64,000 bases of DNA. Origin: an uncultured delta proteobacterium. GTDB taxonomy: Bacteria; Myxococcota_A; Polyangia; Polyangiales; Polyangiaceae. The notes under the pieces were generated by a model. It was not told the DNA's origin, did no database searches, and saw only the letters and a list, made by a program, of their open reading frames with translations. A program made the position numbers and the translations under genes. Below, piece after piece: positions 47,041-56,353 of this stretch (within the stretch, counting starts at the first letter, position 1; every line of letters starts with the position of its first letter). Location of the stretch: NCBI GenBank assembly GCA_963716725.1, contig CAVQUB010000003.1:64001-128000 (forward strand), in the 5' to 3' direction.

Positions 47041-47984
47041 AGTCATTGGTCATCGGCGGCGCGGGGTTCATCGGCAGCCACTTGGTCGATCGGCTGGTGA
47101 GCCGCGGGCCCGTCACCATTTTCGACAACATGAGCGTGGGCAAGCGCGAGTTCGTGGCGGATCACCTGGCCTCGGGCGCGGCCAAGCTGGTGGTCGGCGA
47201 GCTGCTCGAGCTCGATCCGCTCTGCGACGCGGTGAAGGGCCACGACGTGGTCTTTCACCTGGCGGCAAACCCCGAGGCGCGCTGGGGTCTCGACAACCCG
47301 CGCCTCGATCTCGAGCAGGGCACCATCGCCACCTGGAACGTGCTCGAGGCCATGCGCCGAGGCGGGGTGAAGTCCCTGGTGTTCTCCTCCTCGGGCACCG
47401 TCTACGGCGACACCGCCGCCGTCTGCGCCGAGGGCGATCTCGGTGCCTTGCCCATCTCACTGTACGGCGCGGCCAAGCTCGCGGGCGAGGCGCTGATCAG
47501 CGCCTTCGTCGAGTGTTTCGGATTGCGCGGGTTGATCTACCGCTTTGGCAACGTGGTGGGTCCCCGGGGCACCCACGGCGCGGCCCTCGACTTCTTCAAG
47601 AAGCTCGAGAAGACGCCGAACGAGCTCGAGGTGCTCGGCGACGGCTCCCAAGCCAAACCCTACGTCTATGTGACCGACTGCGTGGACGGCATCTTGTTCG
47701 GCCTCGATCGCGCGGCCGGCCCCCTGGACATCTTCAACATTGCGCCGCCCGACACCACCAGCGTCAAGCGCATCGCCGAGCTCTGCGTGGCGGCCTCTCC
47801 CTTCCCGACGGCGAGCATCCGCTACACCGGCGGCGCCCGCGGCTGGCCCGGGGACGTGCCGAAGTCGCGCCTCGCCACCGACAAACTCGGCGAGCTGGGC
47901 TGGCGGGTCCCGAAGACCAGCGACGAGGCTCTACGCCTGGCGGTGACCGCGCTGTCGGCCGAGGTGTTCGGATCGCGATCGTGA
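47037..47984 (+). CDS. NAD-dependent nucleotide-sugar epimerase/dehydratase
   Basis: GGAGFIGSH, HLAA, SSS..VYG, YGAAK, RFGNVVG, W.GDV. Confidence 0.9.
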   Translation: MKSLVIGGAGFIGSHLVDRLVSRGPVTIFDNMSVGKREFVADHLASGAAKLVVGELLELDPLCDAVKGHDVVFHLAANPEARWGLDNPRLDLEQGTIATWNVLEAMRRGGVKSLVFSSSGTVYGDTAAVCAEGDLGALPISLYGAAKLAGEALISAFVECFGLRGLIYRFGNVVGPRGTHGAALDFFKKLEKTPNELEVLGDGSQAKPYVYVTDCVDGILFGLDRAAGPLDIFNIAPPDTTSVKRIAELCVAASPFPTASIRYTGGARGWPGDVPKSRLATDKLGELGWRVPKTSDEALRLAVTALSAEVFGSRS

Positions 47985-47985
47985 G

Positions 47986-49266
47986 TCAGCGCTCTTCAGC
48001 GAGCTCGTAGGCTGCGCGGGCGAGACTGGTCACCGCGTCCGCATTCAGGGCCTTGTACGCCAGGCGGTCGGCCACGAGCGCGATGCCTGCGTAGTCGATC
48101 CAAGCGCTGTAGCCCATGGCGCGCACGCGCTGGGCGGCGGCAGACTGGGCGACCTTTGCGGGGTCGCGCTGTCGCGGACAGGCCAAGACGACGGCGGCAA
48201 CCTTTGCGGAAAGATCCGTCCACGAGGAGAGCACGCTGACCAAGACCGGGCGACCGTGGAAGGCCGCCGCTATGGACCAGCGGCTGGCGAAGGTCCCGAG
48301 CTTCTCGAGGGTGGGCGGGGTGTCGCCGATCCAGTGGCGATCGAGCCACTCGAAGGGCGGATCGAGGCCTGCGCCAAACTCTCCGCGCAGCTCCTTCGCC
48401 AGGGAGAGCATGGCCTCCTCGAGGCTCGGGGTCAGGGCGCGAATGGCGTAGCCGATGCTCAGCAGGGGAATGGCGACGAGCGCCATCGACCCCGCCATCA
48501 GCCACGCCCTGATGGCTACCGAGCGTCGCTCGGTCGCGACCCGTGCGCGCAGGAGCGCTCGGTCGGACTTGGCGCGACCCCGGCGCGCGATCTGCAGTTC
48601 GGAGAGCGCCAAGGAGATCACGGCCGCGGCGTGCTCGTCGGGCGCGATCACCACGGCGTGACAGTGTCCGCAGTCCACCGCGTGCTCACCCGGGTGGAAG
48701 GTCAGCGGCGCGCCGCACTCGCCGCAACACACCAAGGTCTGCTGCGCCGCGCCGCTGCCGTGCCACTCCGCGTGTTCCGCCAAGCGACTCCAACGCCGGT
48801 GTCGCGTAGCGCGACGAAACAGGAAAAAACACGCACCCACGAAGCCGAGCAGGAGGCCGAGCCCCACGGCGCCCGACACCGCGCCCACGGTCACTGCGGC
48901 CCAGGTCTCCAGCGCTTCGAACGCCACCAGGAAGCCGGCCAAGACGTAGATGCCCACGGTGAAGAGGAACGGCAGGATCACCACCAGCGCAACGGCCACG
49001 ACGACCGCGGAGAGCGCCTTGCTCTTGACGTTCTCCATCGACGCGGCAGAGCTCCGTTGGCGCTCGAGCGTTCGCTCGTTGCCCAGCGCCACCTGCGCGC
49101 TCGCAAGCGCGTTCCAGCGCTGCCACGCCCGCTGACGGATCTCGTCGGGAACGGGTCGCCAGAGGTGGCAGGTGCGACACCACGACCACGCGGCCGAGAC
49201 GTCCACCGCCAGCGGCGCGCCGCAGCCCTCGCAAGGGACGGCGTCGGCTTCGTGAACCCGAGTCAT
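47986..49266 (-). CDS. Membrane protein with two Zn-ribbon motifs
   Basis: CEGCGAPL..CRTC; CGECGAPL..CGHC; TM helices. Confidence 0.65.
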   Translation of the reverse strand: MTRVHEADAVPCEGCGAPLAVDVSAAWSWCRTCHLWRPVPDEIRQRAWQRWNALASAQVALGNERTLERQRSSAASMENVKSKALSAVVVAVALVVILPFLFTVGIYVLAGFLVAFEALETWAAVTVGAVSGAVGLGLLLGFVGACFFLFRRATRHRRWSRLAEHAEWHGSGAAQQTLVCCGECGAPLTFHPGEHAVDCGHCHAVVIAPDEHAAAVISLALSELQIARRGRAKSDRALLRARVATERRSVAIRAWLMAGSMALVAIPLLSIGYAIRALTPSLEEAMLSLAKELRGEFGAGLDPPFEWLDRHWIGDTPPTLEKLGTFASRWSIAAAFHGRPVLVSVLSSWTDLSAKVAAVVLACPRQRDPAKVAQSAAAQRVRAMGYSAWIDYAGIALVADRLAYKALNADAVTSLARAAYELAEER

Positions 49267-49273
49267 CGCCGAG

Positions 49274-49516
49274 TCAGTTGCACCACGGCTCCGCGCAACC
49301 TGTCCAGCTCGCCGGCTTCTGTAGGGACTTGCCCTGGGCGACGAGCACGACCTCGGCCTTGATCTCGATCGGCATGTGCGCGGCAGCGCCGCCCGCGACG
49401 GGCCAGCAGGCGCTGCCGCCGGTCGCACCGCCGCTGCCCGCCGGGCCCGCGTCGTCTTCGTTCCCGCAAGCAAGCAGGCACCATGCCGCGAGCGTCACGA
49501 GTATCCAGGGCTTCAT
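49274..49516 (-). CDS. Short lipoprotein, possibly truncated
   Basis: Lipobox LLAC, Gly linker. Confidence 0.45.
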   Translation of the reverse strand: MKPWILVTLAAWCLLACGNEDDAGPAGSGGATGGSACWPVAGGAAAHMPIEIKAEVVLVAQGKSLQKPASWTGCAEPWCN

Positions 49517-49571
49517 GCGCTCATTCCTGGCCAGATTGTTAGCACGAAACGCGGCGAGCTATGCTTTCGCA

Positions 49572-50273
49572 GTGACGGCGGTCGACGGAGAGGACGCTTT
49601 CGAGGTGGGCGCGCGCTACCGGACGCGAGCCGCGATCGACGCGCTGCGGGATCGCTTCGCGGCGGGCGAAGTCCTGGTCTATTGGCGCTACGGCTACAGC
49701 CGCTACGACGACGCGCGCGGCTGGTTCTTTCGTCAACCGGGCAGCGCCGCCGTTCGCTCCTACGATCTGCTCGGCGACGCGCCGCTGCTGCGCGACGAGC
49801 TGTTCGAACGCGTGTCGGGTCCGGCAGCGGTCGTGCTCGCGGCGCTGACCGATGATGCAGTGGAGATCGAGCGCCTGCTCGCCGACGGCACTGCCTCGGG
49901 CGATCCAGACGAGGCACTGGACCGTGAGATCGCTGCCGAGCGAGCCCTCGTCCTCGATCGTCCGGGTGCTTCCTCGACGCTGATCACCCGCGGGGCGCTG
50001 GCCGAGAGCGCGCGGATCGCTCTGCTTCAAGTCGCCGCGCAGCACGGTCGGGCTCGGGCTGTCGTCGAGATCGTGGCCAGCGGGATCGCCGCCGACGCCG
50101 CCGCGCCCCACGCTCAGACCGCGCTGGTCTCGGCGGTCTCCGGCGGACACGTCGAGGCAGTGCGCGCGTTGATCGCCGCGGGGGCGGATCCCGATCGGCC
50201 CCAGGCGAGCGGCCCCCCGGCACGTTCGTTTGCACGCGGTCCCGAGATCGCGGCGGCGCTCGACGGGCGCTGA
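49572..50273 (+). CDS. Ankyrin-repeat protein
   Basis: TAL..AV.GGHVEAVRALIAAGADPD. Confidence 0.6.
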   Translation: MTAVDGEDAFEVGARYRTRAAIDALRDRFAAGEVLVYWRYGYSRYDDARGWFFRQPGSAAVRSYDLLGDAPLLRDELFERVSGPAAVVLAALTDDAVEIERLLADGTASGDPDEALDREIAAERALVLDRPGASSTLITRGALAESARIALLQVAAQHGRARAVVEIVASGIAADAAAPHAQTALVSAVSGGHVEAVRALIAAGADPDRPQASGPPARSFARGPEIAAALDGR

Positions 50274-50281
50274 CGCTGAAC

Positions 50282-50734
50282 TCAGGCTTGCTCCACCACG
50301 TAGAGCGAGCAGCCCGCGTGGGGCCCCCAGGGGTGCTTTTCGCCGCCCGGCGGATGGTAGTGCTGCTCGATGCGTCCGACGAAGTGCTTGCCGTCGATCT
50401 CGAACTCTACCTCGAAGCCAAAGGGCTTCTTGTAGTGCTCGTCGATGATGGCGCGGGCACGCTTTACGATCGCCACGCTCATCTCGCTGCCCTTGATGCG
50501 GCGCAGAACGCGCGGCTTGGCGGTCTCGTCAGCCACCACCGCGGGCGCCGGCGCCTGCTCGGCGGGCTCGACCTGCGGGCTCGACGGAGCGACGGCGGGC
50601 GACGCGACCTCGGTGGCGACTGCCCGCTGGGCGACCGCCGGGGACACCGCGGGGCTCGGCGCGCAGCTCAGCGAGGCCGAGAGCGTGGCCACGAAGATCC
50701 AGAACGCCGTGACTGCCTTGCATCGATTGCTCAA
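50282..50734 (-). CDS. Lipoprotein of unknown function
   Basis: SLSC lipobox, Ala/Pro linker, IEQHYHP..P.G.H.GCS; start uncertain. Confidence 0.55.
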   Translation of the reverse strand: MSNRCKAVTAFWIFVATLSASLSCAPSPAVSPAVAQRAVATEVASPAVAPSSPQVEPAEQAPAPAVVADETAKPRVLRRIKGSEMSVAIVKRARAIIDEHYKKPFGFEVEFEIDGKHFVGRIEQHYHPPGGEKHPWGPHAGCSLYVVEQA

Positions 50735-50862
50735 TTTCCCGTCTCCTGAGCGGGCAGACCCGGGCGTCGGGAAATCGATCACAAAAAGAACGCGTGCCGT
50801 TGTCGACAGGGATTTCCCCCTGTATTTTCTCAATGGCGTGGAGAACACCCACCTCGACCCAC

Positions 50863-52374
50863 ATGCCAACCGATGACCTCGCCGAAGCGGTGACCGCACC
50901 CGCCGACGAGCAAGACGTCGAGCTCGCTCGGGTGCGCGCGCGCGTCCGACAGGGGCTCTTCGGCGGACCGCCGGAGCCGGTGCGGCTCGAGCAGTTCGAG
51001 GTCATCGCCCGACTGGGCGCGGGGGCCATGGGGGTCGTGTACGAGGCCCATGACACCGAGCTCGATCGAGTGGTGGCGCTCAAGTTGCTGCACCCGGATC
51101 TGCGCGAGCAGGCGGCGGGCAGAGGCACCCGAGCGTTGCTCGACGAAGCGCGCAACATGGCGCGGGTGCGGCACCCGGCCGTGCTCACGGTTCATCAAGT
51201 CGGGACCCACGGGGGCCAGGTCTACGTCGCGATGGAGCGCGCGAAGTCGACCCTGAGCGACTGGTTGACGCGGGACCGGCCGACCCCCGAACGCGTTCTC
51301 GAGGTCCTGATCGCTACCGGGCGAGGTCTGGCCGCGGTGCACCGGCAAGGCATCGTGCACCGCGACTTCAAGCCGGACAATGTCCTGATGGACGATAACG
51401 GGCAGCCGCGCGTGAGCGACTTTGGCCTGGCACTCCGGACCGAGGCGCTGGCGCCGGGGTCTCGGGCAGGGACCCCCGCGTACATGGCGCCGGAGCAGAT
51501 CCGCGGCGACGAACTCGACGCGCGCAGCGACCAGTTCAGCTTTGCCGTGACGGCCATCGAGGCGTTCACTGGGCGGCGGCCCTTTGCGGCCGAGAGCATG
51601 GACGCGCAGCTGGAGGCCATTCTCCGCAGGGTGAGCGCTTCGGATCTCGGACCCGGCATTCCAGCCGGAGTCGCCGAGATCCTGCTGCGCGCGCTGGAAC
51701 CGGAGCCCGCGGCGCGCTTCTCGTCCATGGACGTGCTGGTCGAACGGCTCGAGTCGTCGAAGCCGCGCCCGGCGCGGGGCCGGGTGGCGATGACGCTCGG
51801 GATCGCGGCGCTGGTGGTCGGCGGATTCGCGGCCCTGGCGGTGGCAGCGCGCTCCACGAAACCCACCCTCGCGCTGGCTCCCTCGGCGCCCCACCCCTCC
51901 GCGACGTCGAGCGCCACGCCGCCCCCGCAAGACGTCACGCGGCTCTGCGTCACGGGGCTTCGCGCTTCATCCGAGCTGGAGGCTCACCCCGCGCGCCACG
52001 CCTTCGACGGGGTGCCCACCACGGCCTGGTCCGAGGGAACCCCGGGCGATGGCGCCGGAGAGTGGATCGAAGCGGAGCTTCGCGACGGCACCTGGGTCTC
52101 GGAGATCGAAGTCAGCGGCGGTTGGTCCACAACCACGGCGGCGGGGATCGATCTCTGGCTGCACAACTCCACCATTCGCAGCATGCGCGTGTCCTGGGAC
52201 GGCGGAGAGCGCCTGGTGTCCTTCGATCGCCAGACGGATCGCGACAAGCGCAAGCGCGTCCCGATCGGCGCGAACACCCGCCGCGTCCGCATCACCGCCC
52301 TGGAGGTGGACCGCGGTCGGTTCCGTGACTTGTGCTTGGATGAGGTGCAGATCATCGGGCGCTGCAGCCCGTAG
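50863..52374 (+). CDS. Membrane Ser/Thr kinase with a C-terminal discoidin/glycan-binding-like domain
   Basis: LGAGAMGVVY, VALK, HRDFKPDN, DFGLA, GTPAYMAPE; TM; AFDG..TAWSEG..GEWI. Confidence 0.9.
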   Translation: MPTDDLAEAVTAPADEQDVELARVRARVRQGLFGGPPEPVRLEQFEVIARLGAGAMGVVYEAHDTELDRVVALKLLHPDLREQAAGRGTRALLDEARNMARVRHPAVLTVHQVGTHGGQVYVAMERAKSTLSDWLTRDRPTPERVLEVLIATGRGLAAVHRQGIVHRDFKPDNVLMDDNGQPRVSDFGLALRTEALAPGSRAGTPAYMAPEQIRGDELDARSDQFSFAVTAIEAFTGRRPFAAESMDAQLEAILRRVSASDLGPGIPAGVAEILLRALEPEPAARFSSMDVLVERLESSKPRPARGRVAMTLGIAALVVGGFAALAVAARSTKPTLALAPSAPHPSATSSATPPPQDVTRLCVTGLRASSELEAHPARHAFDGVPTTAWSEGTPGDGAGEWIEAELRDGTWVSEIEVSGGWSTTTAAGIDLWLHNSTIRSMRVSWDGGERLVSFDRQTDRDKRKRVPIGANTRRVRITALEVDRGRFRDLCLDEVQIIGRCSP

Positions 52375-52383
52375 CGCCGGGCT

Positions 52384-53025
52384 TCATCCGTCAGTTTCGT
52401 TCGCGAGGGCGCCGTCGGGGTCTGCCTGCTCGCGGACGGCGTCGGCCCACTTCTCGAGATTGCAGAGCGTCGCCTCGAGCTCTCGGGGCGAGCGGGACAG
52501 GGCCGCGAGCTTCGCTTCGAGCGCCTCCTTGGCGCGCCGCAGGCGGCTGCGCACGGTGCCCTCGGCGATGCCGAGCACCCGGGCGATCTCGGATCCGGAC
52601 ATCTGCTCCCAGAAGTGCAGCTCGAGGGCGATCTGAAGCTCCAGGGGGATCGCCCGCAGCGCTTCGAGCAGCAGGCGATCGCCCACGCGCTTGTCGACGA
52701 GCAGGCTCGGTGTTGGACCGAGGTCGGCCAGCGAGGTCACGCCAAAGTCGGCTCCGGGTTTGCGGTCGCGGTAGCTGTTGTAGAGTTTGTTGCGAGCGAT
52801 CGAGAACAAGTAGGTGCGAAAGCTCGACTCGCCGCGGAACGAGTCGCGGCTCTCCGCGCAGGCGAGAAACACCGACTGCACGAGATCCACCGGATCGTTC
52901 GGGACCTTGTTGCGCAAGAACCGGAACAGGCCCTCGAAGTGCCGCTCGAAGAGCTGGTTGCCCGCCTTCGCGTCCCCCGCCCGCCAGGCGTCGAGCAGAT
53001 CGTAGTCGCTGCGAACCTCGGACAC
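52384..53025 (-). CDS. ECF sigma factor
   Basis: LL.AWR.GD, DLVQ.VF, FRGESSFRTYLFSIARN, EIARVLGIAEGTVRSRL.RA. Confidence 0.9.
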   Translation of the reverse strand: MSEVRSDYDLLDAWRAGDAKAGNQLFERHFEGLFRFLRNKVPNDPVDLVQSVFLACAESRDSFRGESSFRTYLFSIARNKLYNSYRDRKPGADFGVTSLADLGPTPSLLVDKRVGDRLLLEALRAIPLELQIALELHFWEQMSGSEIARVLGIAEGTVRSRLRRAKEALEAKLAALSRSPRELEATLCNLEKWADAVREQADPDGALANETDG

Positions 53026-53098
53026 GGCTCCAAGCCTTTCACGCCCCGCGCTCCACGGCCACTCTCCTCCGCCTCGGCCCCGTGATAGAGCCAGCGGC

Positions 53099-53795
53099 GT
53101 GCAAGCAGTGATCCTGGCTGGCGGGCTGGCCACGCGCATGCAGCCGCGCACGCTCACCCTGCCCAAGGCCATGCTCGAGGTCGCGGGCCGGCCCTTCGTC
53201 GCGTGGCAACTCGAGGCCCTCGCGCGTGACGGGTACGAGCGGGTGCTCGTCTGCGTTGGGCACCTGGCCGAACAGCTCCGCGATCACGTCGGCGACGGCT
53301 CGGATTTCGGGCTCGCGGTCGAGTACTCCGAGGACGGGCCGAAGCTGTTGGGGACCGCGGGCGCTCTGCGTCGTGCGCTGCCGCTGCTCGAGTCGACCTT
53401 CTTGGTGACCTATGGCGACAGCTATCTGCCCTTCGACTACTCGGCGCCGCTGCGGGACCTCGAGGCACACCCGGAAGCGCTGGGCAGCATGAGCGTGTTC
53501 GAGAACCGCGGGCCGTTGGGACGCGAGCAATACCCGCGTCGAAGGCCAACTCGTGGCGAGCTACGAGAAGGGCGCGACGTCTCCCGACGTCACCTTCATC
53601 GACTACGGCGCCATCGCGCTGCGCCGCGAGGTCATCGCCGCCCTGCCCGAGGGCGAGCCCCTGGGCCTCGACGGAGTACAGGCCGATCTGGCCCGAAGCG
53701 GCCGCTTGCGCGCGCTCGTGGCTCATGAAAGGTTCTTCGAAATCGGCTCCGAAGCCGGCCTGGCGGAACTCTCCAAGAAACTCGAGACCCCGTGA
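53099..53795 (+). CDS. Sugar-1-phosphate nucleotidyltransferase (HddC-like), with a +1 frameshift near 53513 (probably an error)
   Basis: VILAGGLATR, PKAM, GTAGAL, YGDSY; continues as RWDASN..IDYG..FFEIGS. Confidence 0.8.
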
Positions 53796-54787
53796 TCATC
53801 TCCCGCGCACCCGTACGTTTCTCCCTCGGTGGGGGCGGCAGCGATCTGCCGAGCTACTACCAGAGCTTCGGCGGGTACGTGGTGTCCGCGGCCATCGACT
53901 CCTACGTCTACATCACGGCCAACAAGCGCTTCTACGACGACATTCGGCTGGCGTACTCGCAGACCGAGATCGTGCCAAACGTCGAGTCGATCCAGCATCG
54001 GATCTTCCGCGAGGCGCTGCGCATGACCGGCATCAGCCGCGGCATCGAGCTGACCAGCGTCGCCGACGTGCCGGCCAACAGCGGGCTCGGCTCCTCGTCG
54101 AGCTTCACCGTGGCGCTCTTGAACGCTTTGCACGCCTACAAGCGCGAGTTCGTCTCGTCGCGACAGCTCGCCGAAGAGGCCTGCGAGTTGGAGATGGTCC
54201 GGCTCGGCGAGCCCATCGGCAAGCAGGATCAGTACATCGCGGCCTTCGGCAACGTGACCGCGATGACCTTCGAGAAAGACGGCACGGTCCACGTCGAGCC
54301 CGTGCCAGTTCGCGACGAGGTGCTCGACGAGCTCACCAACAACCTGGTGATCATGTGGTCGGGTGTCGAACGCGCGGCCAGCTCGGTGCTCGCCGAGCAA
54401 GGCGCTCGCGTGCAAAAGCAAGACAGCGCGACCCTCGAGGGCATGCACCGGATCAAGGCGCTCGGCCACGAGGTCTACGACCTGCTCGTGACAGGCGACA
54501 CCGACCGCTACGGCGAGCTGCTGCACGAGCACTGGACCCACAAGCGCAAGCTGGCCAGCAAGATGACGGACGACCGCATCGACGAGCACTACGACGCGGC
54601 ACGCAAGGCCGGCGCCATCGGCGGAAAGTTGATGGGCGCGGGCGGAGGAGGCTTCTTCATGTTCTACGCCCGCCCTGCCGACAAACGCCGGGTCTACGAG
54701 ACCATGGTCCAACGCGGGCTCCGGCCCCTTCGCTTCAGGTTCGATCTCGATGGCGCTCGCATCGTGGCCAACATGCACCGCTCGTGA
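53792..54787 (+). CDS. hddA: D-glycero-alpha-D-manno-heptose-7-phosphate kinase-like (GHMP)
   Basis: RAP.R.SLGGGGSD, DVP..SGLGSSS, GKQDQY, GKL.GAGGGGF. Confidence 0.85.
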   Translation: MIISRAPVRFSLGGGGSDLPSYYQSFGGYVVSAAIDSYVYITANKRFYDDIRLAYSQTEIVPNVESIQHRIFREALRMTGISRGIELTSVADVPANSGLGSSSSFTVALLNALHAYKREFVSSRQLAEEACELEMVRLGEPIGKQDQYIAAFGNVTAMTFEKDGTVHVEPVPVRDEVLDELTNNLVIMWSGVERAASSVLAEQGARVQKQDSATLEGMHRIKALGHEVYDLLVTGDTDRYGELLHEHWTHKRKLASKMTDDRIDEHYDAARKAGAIGGKLMGAGGGGFFMFYARPADKRRVYETMVQRGLRPLRFRFDLDGARIVANMHRS

Positions 54788-55406
54788 GGCGGTGGCGATC
54801 TGCCTCGTGGTCGCGACCACGAGCTGCAGCTCGAGCTATCAGCCGCAGATGGGGCCACGCCTCTCGATCGCCATGGACGAAGGCAGCCTGACCTACGTCA
54901 GGGACGGACAGCGCTTCAAGCACGGCTTCACCGGCGGCGGGCTGGTCGAGGCCGTCGAGGACGATCCCGAAGCCAAGCAGGCGGCCGACCGCTACCAGTC
55001 ACGCGTGAGCAGCGGCCTCGTGCTCTACCTGGTCGGGACCGGATGCTTGGTCACCGGGATGGTCGTGGGCTTCGACACACTTCGCGATCGCGAGTCGAGT
55101 GCGACCAAAGACGCTGTCCTGGCCGGAGCGCTGGTGTGCGGCGTCGCAGGTCTGATCGCCGGTGGCTCGCTCCTGGCGTCGGGCATGCCGTACCAATGGG
55201 ACGCCATCAACATCTACAACGACAACCTCGAACGTCGGCGCGCCATCGTGCTGCCGCCGGCTGGGCCGCCGGGCTACGTTCCGTATTCACCGGTGCCAGT
55301 GCCGCTTCCCACGCCGACCCTCACGCCGCCGCCGCCCCCGCCCCTCGGCGGAGGCGCGACGCCCGACCCAGGCTCCACCGACGCGGGCGCCGCGGACGGT
55401 CCCTGA
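54750..55406 (+). CDS. Lipoprotein/membrane protein with a Pro-rich tail
   Basis: TTSC lipobox, two TM segments, DAINIYND; start uncertain. Confidence 0.6.
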   Translation: MALASWPTCTAREAVAICLVVATTSCSSSYQPQMGPRLSIAMDEGSLTYVRDGQRFKHGFTGGGLVEAVEDDPEAKQAADRYQSRVSSGLVLYLVGTGCLVTGMVVGFDTLRDRESSATKDAVLAGALVCGVAGLIAGGSLLASGMPYQWDAINIYNDNLERRRAIVLPPAGPPGYVPYSPVPVPLPTPTLTPPPPPPLGGGATPDPGSTDAGAADGP

Positions 55407-55408
55407 AA

Positions 55409-56341
55409 ATGCGGCGGCTCGCCCAGCGGCTCGGGGAACCACTGCTGCTCACGCGCGCGCTGGCTCGGGCCCGGGCAATTCCGGCTGAGCACGCCGACCG
55501 CGCTCGTGCGTTGGGAGCCGCAGCCCGACGCCGTGCCGCTGCGTCTGCCGCCCTGAGAAACGACGAGCAGGCCGTCGCAGCGCTGCGCCTCGACCAAGAA
55601 GCGGCAGGTCTCGCCCTTGCGGCGGTGTTCGCGCAGCGCGGCGAGCTCGACGACCACGTCCCGACGGCCAGCGTGCTCTGGTCTCGCGCGGGCACGCTCT
55701 CCGATCCGCCGCCGAACTTCCAGGCCGCATGCGCGATCTTGTCCAACGACGATCCCGTCGCCGCCGACGCCCGCGGCAGCGTGGGCGCTTGGCGTGCGCG
55801 GCGCGAGATCGCCCCGACGCTGCGCTGGCTCTTGGCGCTGGCGGAGCCGCGCAGCGCAAGTGAGCTGGTTGTGACGCGGGTCTTTCGAGTCATCGCCCTC
55901 GCCCTGTGCACCGCCGCTGCCGCGTGGCTCGCGCTCTGGCTCTTCGTCTGGCCGTCCAACGAAGCCCTGCACAAGCCAGTGGTCATGAGCAGTCTGGTGC
56001 GCGGCGCCGCTCCCACCGCAACGCTGACCGACGGCGCGGAGAGCGGCGAAGCTTCGACCACCGTGCGCCAGGCCGAACCCTGGGCCCGGATCGATCTCAT
56101 GAACCACGTCGCCATCGAGAGCGTCCGGATCCACGTTCGTGCCGAGACCTCGCTGCCGCTGCTGCTCGAAGTGAGCGACGACGATCGCAGGTTCACCGAA
56201 GTCGCGCGTCGAATCGACGCCGTGGGCACGGGGCGCTGGCGGGTGGTTCTGGGCAAGAAGCGAGCGCGCTTCGTGCGCCTGCGTCACCCGGGCGAGGGCG
56301 TGCTCTCGGTGTCCGAAATCGAGGTCTGGGGCTGGCGCTGA
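55409..56341 (+). CDS. Membrane protein with a discoidin (F5/8C)-like domain
   Basis: NEALHKPV..SS, PWARIDL, ARFVRL, SEIEVWG. Confidence 0.7.
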   Translation: MRRLAQRLGEPLLLTRALARARAIPAEHADRARALGAAARRRAAASAALRNDEQAVAALRLDQEAAGLALAAVFAQRGELDDHVPTASVLWSRAGTLSDPPPNFQAACAILSNDDPVAADARGSVGAWRARREIAPTLRWLLALAEPRSASELVVTRVFRVIALALCTAAAAWLALWLFVWPSNEALHKPVVMSSLVRGAAPTATLTDGAESGEASTTVRQAEPWARIDLMNHVAIESVRIHVRAETSLPLLLEVSDDDRRFTEVARRIDAVGTGRWRVVLGKKRARFVRLRHPGEGVLSVSEIEVWGWR

Positions 56342-56353
56342 CGAAGTCGACGC

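Noticed and set aside
53500..53530. Programmed frameshift in the nucleotidyltransferase
   Set aside because: A single extra base in GGGCC with no slippery heptamer, in an assembly that is indel-prone elsewhere. Probably an error.
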